NCBI GenBank assembly: GCA_965215565.1
Contig: CBDCDZ010000004.1
Span: 2,848,001 to 2,912,000, forward strand
DNA from: Trueperaceae bacterium
GTDB taxonomy: Bacteria > Deinococcota > Deinococci > Deinococcales > Trueperaceae
Length of the DNA stretch: 64,000 nucleotides
Direction: 5' to 3'
The notes under the pieces are model-generated. The model saw only the letters and a list, made by a program, of their open reading frames with translations. It ran no database searches and was not told where the DNA came from. Numbering within the stretch: position 1 is the first letter of the stretch; every line of letters starts with the position of its first letter. Shown piece by piece: positions 49,349-59,466 of the stretch. A program made the translations under genes and the position numbers.

Positions 49349-49984
49349 TTAATTCAGCCGCACCTCTTCCTCCACCTCATCCAAATGCGACACATCATTG
49401 CTAAACGCTAGCCGCCAGTGCTCGCCCTCTTTCACGAGCTTTGTCAAACTACATAAAGGCGCGGCGTTCTCGCGGTTGCCCGTAAGCGCCTGCACTACGC
49501 CGCTGACCGTCGCGCCGTGACCGACAAAGAGGAGCGTGCCTTCGTACTTCTCTACGATGAGTTCGGCGGCTTCGCCCATGCGCGACACATTGGCCTCGTC
49601 GTCTTCGGGGAAGACGGGGTGTAAGAGAGGCTCGTGCCCGAGTTCGACGTTGGGAAAGTCTTCGGCTATGCGCTCGTGCGTAAGAATCTCAGGCTCCCCC
49701 GAAAAGTAGGTCTCGCTCAGCTTTTCGCCTAAGCCGGGCTCTAAAAACACCTGCTTGTCGAGCGCCTCCGCAATAATCTGCGCGGTTTGCACCGTGCGCA
49801 GATAGGGCGAGGCGAAAATCGTGTCGATAGGAATGTCTTTGAGGCGCTCGGCAAGCTGCTCGGCTTGCTCTAAACCGTCGGGCGAGAGTCCGGGGTCGTC
49901 GGGGCGTTCGGCGTTCTCGCGCCAGGTGTCGTCCACGAAGTCTTCGCGGTTGCCGTGGCGGGCGAGCCAGAGGGTGCGACTCAT
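49349..49984 (-). CDS. Histidine phosphatase family protein
   Basis: RHG, SPYLRTVQTA, GHG. Confidence 0.9.
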   Translation of the reverse strand: MSRTLWLARHGNREDFVDDTWRENAERPDDPGLSPDGLEQAEQLAERLKDIPIDTIFASPYLRTVQTAQIIAEALDKQVFLEPGLGEKLSETYFSGEPEILTHERIAEDFPNVELGHEPLLHPVFPEDDEANVSRMGEAAELIVEKYEGTLLFVGHGATVSGVVQALTGNRENAAPLCSLTKLVKEGEHWRLAFSNDVSHLDEVEEEVRLN

Positions 49985-50187
49985 GGGCGGCTTTCTGCTG
50001 AATTCGGAAGAGCGTCTTTGAGGATAAAAGAGGATACAATCACAAGTCTTATCACACTTTCCACCCTACGCCTGAAACGCGAATTTGACCGTAAGAGAGG
50101 CTCAGGTGAGGGTGCAGGTTTTGCGCCCCTGCACCCAGAGGTAGCGCGCTATTTGAGACGAAAAGCTGAGCGGCGTAAGATAATATT

Positions 50188-52470
50188 ATGAAAACTTTCG
50201 CGGAGGAAGAAAGCTTGAAAAGCGCCCTCATCGACGTACTGAGCCAAGATGAGGTCGATGGCGATGAGCTTTTAGCGCTGTCTAACGCGCTCACCAAGTC
50301 TGACCCCAACGCAGTTCGCTTCTCGGTTGACGCAAGTCTTATCAGCCGGTTAGGGCGCGAACTCGTGGCGCGGCAAGAAACGGCGGTTGCTGAACTCGTT
50401 AAAAACGCCTACGACGCAGATGCGCGTAAAGTCACGCTAGTTTTTTCAGAAGCGGACGCGCCGGGGGGTAGGCTCGAGCTAACCGATGACGGCTTAGGGA
50501 TGACGCGAGACCAGCTCGTGAACGGTTTTATGCGACTCGCCTCAGGGCAAAAGGTGGACGAACCCATCTCGCCGAGGTACAAACGCCAGCGCGCAGGGCG
50601 TAAAGGCATCGGGCGCTTTGCAGTGCAGCGGCTCGGGGACAGACTCACGATTACGACGCAGACGAAGGGCAGTTCGGTTGCGCTCAGAGTGATCGTAGAT
50701 TGGGACAGGTTTGCGGCAGGTCAAGATTTGGCGAGCATCTCCAGCCGTATCACTGAAATCCCTAAGCAAAAAGAAGAGGGGACGACGCTCCTCATCGACG
50801 GACTGCGCGAAGCCTGGAACGAAGCGGCGATCAAAAAGGTCTACAAATACGTCTCAGACCTTATCCAGCCCTTTCCGCTCTCTGAGAAGGGCGAAGCCCG
50901 CATTGACCCCGGCTTCAAAATTGACCTCTTGCGCGAGGTTGCAGGAGAATTCGAGCTTGTCGCCGACGAAACGACGGAGATTTTTCAGCACGCGCTGGCT
51001 GAGATAGAAGGCTACGTCGATAATAAGGGAAAGGGATTTTGGTCTATTGCGTCGGATAGGCTCGAGCTTGCTGAAATTGATCAATCTATTAGGGATAGCC
51101 GAGAAAATAGAGAACTTGCTTTTAACAGTTTGCAAAATACAAGGCTGAAGGCTTACTACTTCATCTACAACGGTTCTGGAGCCAATTTTCTCCCTCGCTC
51201 AGCGAACAAAATGATCAGAGATTTAGCCCAAGAAAGGGGCGGCATCAGAGTTTACCGAAACGGCTTCCGAGTCTCGCCCTACGGCGACTCTGACAATGAT
51301 TGGCTTGGTCTGGACGAGCTTGCTAGACGCCGCTCTTTTCTACCTGCTATTGGCAATATCAACTTCTTCGGCTTCATTGAAATAGTCGACATAGGAGGCG
51401 ACTACTTTGAGGAAACATCCAGCCGCGAAGGACTCCTAGAAAACTCGGCATTTCAAGAGTTACAAGACTTCACGCATAGAGTACTCAAAGCTGCAGCCAC
51501 CAAAGTTGCTGAAGCGAGAGGTAAGAAAATCACGGCGAGTCAAAAAGACTATAAAACGGACCCCTCGGCGGTTATTACGAAAGCGATCAAATCGGTTGAT
51601 AGGTTGGCGAAAGAGCTGGTCGGCGCAGGTCAATCTGATGAGGCGAAGCAACTTAAAGGCGTTTCAAAACAGCTCAAAATGGCGGCTGCTATTCAGAGCG
51701 ATGTTCTCGAAGAACTTTCGATGCTGCGCGTACTTGCTAGCTTAGGTCTCACCATCAGTGAGTTCACCCATGAAGTTCAGCAGACTTTGGGCGCGGCTTC
51801 CCTGAGTGCCAAGCATATTTTAGAAGCTACATCACCTGATTCAGAGCGGCGTGAGATTGCTCATGACTTATTAGTCAACATTCAGAGGTTTCAGGCTTAC
51901 GCAGTGTATTTTCAGAAGTCAGTCTCTGACAATATCAACCGGGAACTCGAGCCACAAGACGCGGCTAAAGTTGCTAAAAATTTTGTAAATACGGTGCAGC
52001 TCGCAGCAAAAAGCGTTGGTATTTGCGTAGAACAGCCCGAGGTTGTCGGTACTGATCTTATGACCTGTCCAATGCACTCTTCCGAATGGAGTTCGGTTTT
52101 GTTCAATCTCTATACAAACGCTCGTAAGGCGATTGCGAGAGCGAGAAGTGACGGAAAAATTTTCATCCGAGTTGGAAAAGAGGGTAAAAAGGTCTATTTG
52201 GAATTTGCGGATAACGGTGACGGTATACCTAAGGAGAATGAGGAGCGAATCTTCAACGCATTTTTCACAACGACTGGAACCGCAGGGCGCTACGCCACTG
52301 ACGAAGAAGAAATTCAAGGTACGGGCTTGGGTCTGAAGATTGTAGACGATATTGCTACGAGCTACAACGGTGACGTTTCTTTGGTTGCGTCCCAAAAAGG
52401 GTATGCAACTTGCTTTAGAATAGAATTTCCTGAAGCGACCCCAAAGGAACTTGAGGCTTATGGCTACTAA
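50188..52470 (+). CDS. GHKL/MORC-type ATPase fused to histidine kinase
   Basis: N-term ELVKNAYDA, DDGLGM, GRKGIGRFA, GTT; C-term FTHE, NLYTNA, DNGDGI, FFTT, GTGLGL. Confidence 0.88.
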   Translation: MKTFAEEESLKSALIDVLSQDEVDGDELLALSNALTKSDPNAVRFSVDASLISRLGRELVARQETAVAELVKNAYDADARKVTLVFSEADAPGGRLELTDDGLGMTRDQLVNGFMRLASGQKVDEPISPRYKRQRAGRKGIGRFAVQRLGDRLTITTQTKGSSVALRVIVDWDRFAAGQDLASISSRITEIPKQKEEGTTLLIDGLREAWNEAAIKKVYKYVSDLIQPFPLSEKGEARIDPGFKIDLLREVAGEFELVADETTEIFQHALAEIEGYVDNKGKGFWSIASDRLELAEIDQSIRDSRENRELAFNSLQNTRLKAYYFIYNGSGANFLPRSANKMIRDLAQERGGIRVYRNGFRVSPYGDSDNDWLGLDELARRRSFLPAIGNINFFGFIEIVDIGGDYFEETSSREGLLENSAFQELQDFTHRVLKAAATKVAEARGKKITASQKDYKTDPSAVITKAIKSVDRLAKELVGAGQSDEAKQLKGVSKQLKMAAAIQSDVLEELSMLRVLASLGLTISEFTHEVQQTLGAASLSAKHILEATSPDSERREIAHDLLVNIQRFQAYAVYFQKSVSDNINRELEPQDAAKVAKNFVNTVQLAAKSVGICVEQPEVVGTDLMTCPMHSSEWSSVLFNLYTNARKAIARARSDGKIFIRVGKEGKKVYLEFADNGDGIPKENEERIFNAFFTTTGTAGRYATDEEEIQGTGLGLKIVDDIATSYNGDVSLVASQKGYATCFRIEFPEATPKELEAYGY

Positions 52471-53635
52471 ATATCTTTACTTAGACGACGAAAAGCCTGA
52501 AGCTGTGCGACCTTTTTTGCGAGAGTTGCAGCAGCGCGGTAGAGACCTCGAGATTGAACATCATCCTCCTTTGCCCTACCACAACCAACTTCCCTGGCTC
52601 GATCTGCAAACCTTTGACGGTCTTATTCTTGATTTGCGCTTAGACCAATTTCCAAATTGGCAGCCAGACTCTGAGGCAGGCAAGGCGGAGTTTAGAGCGA
52701 CGACGCTCGCTCAGGAAATTCGTACACGGGCGACGGAAGACTCTAAAGCCTTTCAAACGCCCATTGTGCTTTTGTCAACGGATGAGAGGTTGCAACAGAG
52801 CTACACGCGCGATGACACGAGTCACGACCTCTTCGATCTGAAGTGTCTCAAGTCGGATATCAGTAATGATGCGAAAAGAGCAGAAGTGATAGCTTATCAG
52901 CTTTTGTCCTTAGCTAGGGGCTACCAGGAGATTGCTGCGGTGCGTTCCAAGAAGAGAGGTCCAGGTTCTCAGTTTCACAAGTTTCTCGGTCTCGAAGAAC
53001 CTCCCGAATTTCTCGACCCAAGAATTCTGAGTTACTTTGAAGGTAGGGGAAGTCCTCTACCCGCGCATGAGTATGCTCGTTTCATTCTTCGCGAGCTGCT
53101 TAGCAAACCGGGACCGCTTATTGATGAGTTGACATTAGCCGCGCGTCTCGGCGTGGACACTGCCACTTCAGAAGATTGGGAAAAGCTCAAAGGCAAGCTT
53201 AGTGAAACAGCTAGATTTACTGGACCGTTTAGAGAAGGTTGGCCGCGTTGGTGGGCTGTTCCCCTCGTGACCTGGTGGCGCTCCCTAGCTGACGATACGC
53301 TGCCCCTACGAACAATGCCCGCCTCTCAGCGCGTCGAATTGCTCCGCGAGCACACGGGCTTGCAGGAGTTAGTACCCGCAAAGCCTATCCGTAAAGGATA
53401 CAGCGAGACCTTTTGGACGCTCTGTCAAGCATTACAACAGCCTCTTGACCCTCGCGATGGACTCATCATTGACAGACCGAACGCGAAGTTATGGCAAGAT
53501 AAGCTTTACGTCTCGCTCGAGGCTGAGCTAACTCGCGAGCGTCGCATGAAGGGGCTGCGACTTGACCCGCTCGATAAAGGGAGATTGCCGAGACTAAGAG
53601 CCAGATTGCAAGGTGACGGAGTAGCCTCTTCCTAG
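52460..53635 (+). CDS. Receiver-domain protein with unknown C-terminal region
   Basis: YLDDE, LILDLRLD, IVLLS, conserved K; overlaps kinase stop. Confidence 0.75.
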   Translation: MATKYLYLDDEKPEAVRPFLRELQQRGRDLEIEHHPPLPYHNQLPWLDLQTFDGLILDLRLDQFPNWQPDSEAGKAEFRATTLAQEIRTRATEDSKAFQTPIVLLSTDERLQQSYTRDDTSHDLFDLKCLKSDISNDAKRAEVIAYQLLSLARGYQEIAAVRSKKRGPGSQFHKFLGLEEPPEFLDPRILSYFEGRGSPLPAHEYARFILRELLSKPGPLIDELTLAARLGVDTATSEDWEKLKGKLSETARFTGPFREGWPRWWAVPLVTWWRSLADDTLPLRTMPASQRVELLREHTGLQELVPAKPIRKGYSETFWTLCQALQQPLDPRDGLIIDRPNAKLWQDKLYVSLEAELTRERRMKGLRLDPLDKGRLPRLRARLQGDGVASS

Positions 53636-53636
53636 C

Positions 53637-54347
53637 GTGAATGCGAGGCGAGCAAAGGAGTTGAGGCGGGCAAAGGAGTTTAGAAAAGAACGAGCGCGTG
53701 AACTGCGAAGCCTCGCGGAGATTTTGCAAGTGGCAGGACTCGTTAGGGACGCAAGCCCGCTCCTCAGTGCTGCGGGACAATGCGGAGATAGCGCTCCACA
53801 CGGCGAGCTTTTGTGGAGCTATGAATTTGCCGGTCTCGAGTTCAACCTTGATTTTGACGAGCTACGACATTCGAAACCCGAAGGGGCAGAACTCGACACA
53901 GTTGAGTTGAGCGTGTCGCTCAGTGGTATGTGTTTAGACGAGAGCCTATCCGATGATCCTTTTACGCACCTAAGTGTCAACGTCGTTTTGCACGGCTTGA
54001 GCCAAAACGCTGAACCTCTGATGGACGCTTGGCATCTCGACAAACATCTAGGGGGTAAGAGTTCGTTTGAGCACCCCGACTATCACTTTCATCACGGCGG
54101 TAGGAAAATCTGGGAATCGCAAAACTTCGATTACGGGTCACATCTTTTGCTTGAGTCTCCCCGCCTAGACCATAAACCATTGGACGGGATTTTAGCTGTG
54201 AACTTTGTGCTCGCCAACTTTGCGGGAGCAGCTTGGCAGACCTTAAAAGCTGAAGAGATAAGGTACATGGAACTGGTTCACGACGCTGAAAAGCGCTGCC
54301 ATTTAGCCTACGTTCACGCTTCCCTCGAGCGTCTACAAAAGCTGTGA
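53637..54347 (+). CDS. Hypothetical protein with WHLD...HPxYHFHHGG and PRLxH motifs
   Basis: Starts 1 nt after upstream stop; His-rich putative active site. Confidence 0.7.
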   Translation: MNARRAKELRRAKEFRKERARELRSLAEILQVAGLVRDASPLLSAAGQCGDSAPHGELLWSYEFAGLEFNLDFDELRHSKPEGAELDTVELSVSLSGMCLDESLSDDPFTHLSVNVVLHGLSQNAEPLMDAWHLDKHLGGKSSFEHPDYHFHHGGRKIWESQNFDYGSHLLLESPRLDHKPLDGILAVNFVLANFAGAAWQTLKAEEIRYMELVHDAEKRCHLAYVHASLERLQKL

Positions 54348-54348
54348 G

Positions 54349-56058
54349 TTAGCGCTTCATTCGCCTGTCACGCAGATAGTGATATCCCTCCCGCAAGAGG
54401 GTGCATCCATCCTCTTCTAGCCCTAAGCCTTTTCGCAGTACAAGCGCGTCACCGATATCTAAAGCATCCTCGAGGTCACCATCTCTTAGAGATGTATCTA
54501 TCGCTTTGTACGTAACATCGAGGTCATCTTCAGAGAGGTGATGAGGCAGCGCCACTAAAACTTTACGCGCCTCGCCGGGCTCGAGCTTGAGCATCCCACC
54601 CCCGAGGCTATGCCCTTCTATTTCGGCGCTTAAAAAGGTTAAAGAGGTGTACCAGGAGATGACGAGGTGCTTGATGTCTACGCTCATAGACTCTTCATAA
54701 ATCGTTTCGGGAAGCTCAACGGTGTGCAGTGTGTTGGGTGCAGGTGCGCCGAGGGTGTTGTGGACGAGCCTCGGTCCGCTATTCGACATGTAGGTGAGTA
54801 GCGCCGCGCCGCGTTTGACGTGCGGAACTGCGTACCAGGGGTTTCGCTTGCTGACCTTGTAGCCTTGACGGACTTTTTCGCCTTCTCGCCCTAAGTAAGC
54901 CTGGACTCCTGCCGGTAGGCGCTCGAAGGGCTGATTTGTGGGTATCTCGAGCAACCACTTCTTCTCCTCTTCGAGGCGTTGCCAATCACTTTCTGACACA
55001 AAGAGACCGCTCAAGTTGCTGCTGCGGCGGAGGCAGGGCGCGCAGTAGTGCATAGGTATATCGAAGGTCTCTATCTCCTGCTGCGACAGGTGGAAGAAAC
55101 CATTAGCACCCGTGACGTACCCGATACCGATACGAGCCACTGAGCCGAATGTTTTGACGTGCGCGCGTAGTGCGAGGTGACGGTAGAGGGCTCGCACTTT
55201 AGGCTCGAGAAGATGCCCGAGTAAGCGCGTTCGCCCCGCTTTGAGGCTCGAGACCTCTTCGCGGCTGAGCGTCTTCACGTGACCCACCGCGCTCAAAGAT
55301 TTTTCGGCAATAAACGCTTCTAAGCGATCTGCGTCTTTTACGTCAACGAGGTTGAAAACGCTCGCCTCACCTCCTTTCGCTTCGCCCAACACAATAAAGG
55401 TGTCTTCTCCTAAAGTGGGAAAAAGGCGCTTTTGGAAGGTGAGGATATTAAGTGTGGCGAATTGGTTGAGGAGAAACTCAAGAACATGCCTAGCATACGC
55501 CGCGTGACCCAACTCCGCAGGCGCAACCATCGCTAAGCGTCCTCCAGGTTTGATGAGGCTAACGGCGTGCACCAAAAAAGGAGCCCACGAACTTGCGTGT
55601 CTGGGCAAATTGACGCCTAAGTCTGCTGCGCGCTCGAGCCCGAGCGCTCGTTCTTTTCCCTTGAAGCTTTGATAGCGGATAAAGGGCGGATTGCCTACAA
55701 CTGCCTCAAACGCCTCCACAGGCGAAGAGCGGTCAAAGTTGTCCTCAAAGAAGCTATCCGACTCGAAAAAGTTACCTTGCCATAGCTTGACAATCTGATA
55801 GTGGCTCTCTAAGTATTTTTTGCTCGCGTTATAGACAATCTCGTCTAGCTCAATGCCATAAATCTGTTCGCTCGGGCGAGCAACTTGACGCCCAGAGGCT
55901 TCTAAAAAGACGCCGTTGCCGAAGCTAGGGTCGATCACATTAAAGTCCGTTTGCCGCACTGCCCAATGCACCATGAGATTAACCGCTTTATCAGGTGTGT
56001 AGTAGGCACCAAACGCTTTGGCGCGTTCACCTGTCGGTGCGGTCCGAATGTCACTCAC
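54349..56058 (-). CDS. Gamma-class N6-adenine DNA methyltransferase (Eco57I/TaqI-like family)
   Basis: GAYYTP, DPSFGNGVF, GNPPF, IGYVTGAN; start placed at GTG 56058 because the upstream extension is repeat-derived. Confidence 0.85.
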   Translation of the reverse strand: MSDIRTAPTGERAKAFGAYYTPDKAVNLMVHWAVRQTDFNVIDPSFGNGVFLEASGRQVARPSEQIYGIELDEIVYNASKKYLESHYQIVKLWQGNFFESDSFFEDNFDRSSPVEAFEAVVGNPPFIRYQSFKGKERALGLERAADLGVNLPRHASSWAPFLVHAVSLIKPGGRLAMVAPAELGHAAYARHVLEFLLNQFATLNILTFQKRLFPTLGEDTFIVLGEAKGGEASVFNLVDVKDADRLEAFIAEKSLSAVGHVKTLSREEVSSLKAGRTRLLGHLLEPKVRALYRHLALRAHVKTFGSVARIGIGYVTGANGFFHLSQQEIETFDIPMHYCAPCLRRSSNLSGLFVSESDWQRLEEEKKWLLEIPTNQPFERLPAGVQAYLGREGEKVRQGYKVSKRNPWYAVPHVKRGAALLTYMSNSGPRLVHNTLGAPAPNTLHTVELPETIYEESMSVDIKHLVISWYTSLTFLSAEIEGHSLGGGMLKLEPGEARKVLVALPHHLSEDDLDVTYKAIDTSLRDGDLEDALDIGDALVLRKGLGLEEDGCTLLREGYHYLRDRRMKR

Positions 56059-56150
56059 TAGGCTGAGTCTACCAGGTCTGTGAAGGTTGGAAATGGGGCT
56101 CGAGCCTCCACCACTCACAACGCCACAACATGAAGAATTTGACACATTTA

Positions 56151-56262
56151 CAGCAGGTATCATCTGGTCATAAACGCCCTCAGTCTGCAAATTCAACGTC
56201 TGGCACGCACGTTTCGAGGTGATACTTGCGTTATTTTAGCTCAGCAGATGTAGTGAACGCCG
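56151..56262 (-). mobile_element. Degenerate repeat copy R12
   Basis: CAGCAGGTATCATCTGGTC...GGCACGCAC...GGTGATACTTGCG...CTCAG. Confidence 0.65.
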
Positions 56263-56350
56263 TATCCATCCGCGTGATGACGCTCACATCTTTCTAATGA
56301 ACGTTAAAGTTTCAACGAGGTGTGAGGAATGACTGTGGCTTCATAGGGGT

Positions 56351-57728
56351 ATGTCAGAGACCCCCTCACGCCGCGACGTCTTGCGCCTACTTGCAAGCGT
56401 CGGAGCGGGCGCACTCCTCGCGGGGTGTGCACCTGAAGCGAAAGCCAAAGTCACGCCCCCTCCGCGCACCGTCCCTATGGGCTCACCCAACATCATCTTT
56501 ATCCTTGTGGACGACTTGGGCGATCATGAGCTGTCTTGCGCGGGCAACACCTTTAACGAAACGCCGCACATCAACGCGCTGGCACGGGGCGGCATGACCT
56601 TCTACTCAAGCCTACGCCGCCGCGCCCGTCTGCTCACCGACGCGGGCAGCGCTGATGACGGGTCTCGCGCCCGCTCGCACGGGCATCACTGACTTTTTGA
56701 AAGAGCACGATGAGAAGTACTTAGACCCCAACCACCTCACCCTCAACGAAGCCCTGAAGTCGGCGGGTTACGCGACGGGCTTAGTCGGCAAATGGCATCT
56801 CACAGGCGACTACGACAAAAGGCGCGGTGAGCCCTCCAAACACGGCTGGGATGAGGTGCACCTTTCCGAAACGCGCTACATCGCGCACGGCGACTACTTC
56901 GCGCCTTACGACTTCATGCCGGAGGTCAGAGCGCCCAAGGGCGAACACTTGACCGACGCCTTGCACCGCGAAGCGCTCAGCTTTATCGAGCGGCACCGCG
57001 ATGAGCCCTTCTTCTTGTACCTCTCACACTACGCGGTCCATACACTCTTGGAGGGCAAGCCCGAAAAAGTGGCGAAGTATAAGCGCAAGCGCGGCTCGAG
57101 AAAGCACAAGCCGCAGCTAGCCGCGATGCTAGAAAGTATCGACGAAGGCGTCGGACAGATCATCCAGACGCTCGAAAATACCGGGCTTTTAGAAAACACG
57201 CTCGTCGTTTTCACCTCGGACAACGGCGGTGACCACCTCTCCATGTCGCCCTCAGACGCGCGCGGCGCGAAGTCGCACCTCTACGAAGCGGGCATCCGCG
57301 TGCCTTTAATCGCGCACTGGCCCGCTATGATTGCGCCGGGGACGCGCTCGGACGTGGCGACGACGACGATGGACTTCTACCCGACCTTTACGGAACTGTC
57401 TTCTGCTATGAATACGCCGCGCTCGCTCGACGGCTCGAGCCTCCTCCCACTCTTCAGAGGCGAAACCCCTGAGCGCAGCGCCCTCTACTGGCACTATCCG
57501 CGCAGCCATCCGCACCCGGACGGCGGACGCTCCTCGGGCGCGATTCGCAAGGGAGACTACAAGCTCGTCGAGTTTTTCGACACGGGTGAAGTGGAGCTTT
57601 ACGACCTGCGCAGAGACGCAGGCGAGACGCGCAACTTAGCAGGTGCTCAGCCCGAGAAAGTTTTGGAACTCAAGGCGCAACTTAACGGTTGGCGCGCGGG
57701 CGTAGGTGCGGGGACCGTCGCGACGTAA
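56351..57728 (+). pseudogene. Tat-exported lipoprotein sulfatase, split by a +1 frameshift (or sequencing error)
   Basis: SRRDVL Tat motif, LAGC lipobox, PNIIFILVDDLG; removing T56603 restores FTQAYAAAPVCSPTRAALMTG. Confidence 0.8.
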
Positions 57729-57732
57729 GTAG

Positions 57733-58830
57733 ATGACCTGCACCCTCCCCGTCAAACTTCTTTTAGGTGCTTTGCTCATTCTCGCCGTGCTTGCGGGCTG
57801 TCAATCGTCCGTTCCGCGGGGGGAGACCGTATTTACCTGGCGTAACCCTATCCGCCAAGGACCCGACTGGATTCGCGACCCGACGATTTTGAACGTCGAG
57901 GGCACCTACTATATGACGGGGACGTATATGCAAGAGGGCGTTTCTGAGACGGACCCCGGAGCGTGGCCCGGCATCAAGCTTTGGTCCTCTTCCGACTTAA
58001 AGAGGTGGCGAGAGGTGCCCGGCTTTTTGGTGCGCAACGCGCAGTTCACCTGGGCGGATACGCTCCTCTGGGCTCCTGAAATCTTTGCGCACCAGGGCAA
58101 GTTCTACCTCACCTTTTCGGCGCAGGATACGAGCGGTGTGTGCGATAAGCAGAGTCTCGCGGTAGCCGCCTCAGAGACCGTCACCGGACCTTACGAAGTG
58201 CTGACGCCTGACGCGCCTCTCTTATGCGGCAACGACACAAGCCTTTCTGCGGACGACGACGGGCGTGTCTACGCCTTGCAAACGGGCATCACTGTGACGG
58301 AGATAAGCTTGGAGCCTCTTGCTGCCATTAGTGAGCAGACCCAGGTCATCGCGGATTCTGAAACGCCTGGCGATTGGGGTAGCGCTATCAATGAGGGTCC
58401 GTTCATGGTCAAAAGGGACGGTACCTATTACCTCTTCTGGTCAGGGACGGCGCGGGGCTACGAAGTCGGCTACGCCACCGCCGAGCATCCTCTAGGGCCA
58501 TATACGAAATACGAGAATAACCCGGTCTACGGCGCGTGCCGCGCTGATTTTGAGAAGGCGTGCGCTCAGTCCGCCGACAACCCTTTCCGCGAAGTTGGAC
58601 ACGGCAACCCCTTCACCGGACCGGACGGAGCACTGTGGCTCTCGTCGCACGGCGTCGGAGGCGGGCGGAGGTACGAAAAGCCGAGGCTTGTCCTCGATCC
58701 GCTCCATTTTGACAAGGCGACAAAACAGTTCTCAGGTGAGGTCAGCTATGTTCCGCGCGCAGTTATACTTCCTCAGAATCCTACCGACGACAGTCCTACC
58801 CCAACACGAGTCGCATCAACCACACCGTAA
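57733..58830 (+). CDS. GH43 family glycoside hydrolase lipoprotein
   Basis: LAGC lipobox; RDP, WAPEI, NEGP, GPY, GH motifs. Confidence 0.85.
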   Translation: MTCTLPVKLLLGALLILAVLAGCQSSVPRGETVFTWRNPIRQGPDWIRDPTILNVEGTYYMTGTYMQEGVSETDPGAWPGIKLWSSSDLKRWREVPGFLVRNAQFTWADTLLWAPEIFAHQGKFYLTFSAQDTSGVCDKQSLAVAASETVTGPYEVLTPDAPLLCGNDTSLSADDDGRVYALQTGITVTEISLEPLAAISEQTQVIADSETPGDWGSAINEGPFMVKRDGTYYLFWSGTARGYEVGYATAEHPLGPYTKYENNPVYGACRADFEKACAQSADNPFREVGHGNPFTGPDGALWLSSHGVGGGRRYEKPRLVLDPLHFDKATKQFSGEVSYVPRAVILPQNPTDDSPTPTRVASTTP

Positions 58831-59452
58831 TCGTGTTGATGAAGCCGAAGACCTGATCGTCAAAAAAGACGACGAGCGCAATCACGATGAAGAAGCCGTA
58901 GCGCTCCAACTGCCACATCGCGCGCTGCCAACTCGCGGGCGCGAAGGCTTGAAGCACCTTCGAGCCGTCGAGGGGCGGGATAGGGAAGAGGTTGAAGACC
59001 GCCAAGAGGATATTGATCTGTGCGGCGAAGAAGAGCCCGTAAGCCAAAGGATTTGTAAGCGTGCCGTTCTGCGGAAAAATCTGCTGCACATTATTTAGGT
59101 TGACGCCCAGCGCCCGGAGCATAACGAGGCAGAGCAGAGCAATGAGCACGTTGATGACTACGCCTGCAATAGAGACCAAAAACATCCCCACGCGGTAGTT
59201 GTTGAAGTTGTTCGGGCGAATCGGTACGGGCTTCGCCCAGCCAAAACCTACCGCCAAGATGAGCAGCGTGCCGATAGGGTCTAGGTGTTTAAGCGGATTG
59301 AACGTGACGCGCCCTAAGTTGCGCGCAGTCTTATCACCGACTCTGTCGGCAACCCAGGCGTGACCGAGTTCGTGCAGCGCCAAGCTGTAGAGCAGAATCA
59401 CCGCGATGAGGGTAAAGACGAGCGGAGCGCTCTGGAGCAAGCCTAATAACAC
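58796..59452 (-). CDS. Site-2 protease (M50)
   Basis: HELGH, NPLKHLDP, FNLFPIPPLDG. Confidence 0.92.
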   Translation of the reverse strand: MLLGLLQSAPLVFTLIAVILLYSLALHELGHAWVADRVGDKTARNLGRVTFNPLKHLDPIGTLLILAVGFGWAKPVPIRPNNFNNYRVGMFLVSIAGVVINVLIALLCLVMLRALGVNLNNVQQIFPQNGTLTNPLAYGLFFAAQINILLAVFNLFPIPPLDGSKVLQAFAPASWQRAMWQLERYGFFIVIALVVFFDDQVFGFINTITVWLMRLVLG

Positions 59453-59466
59453 TTAACTAAGGGCAT

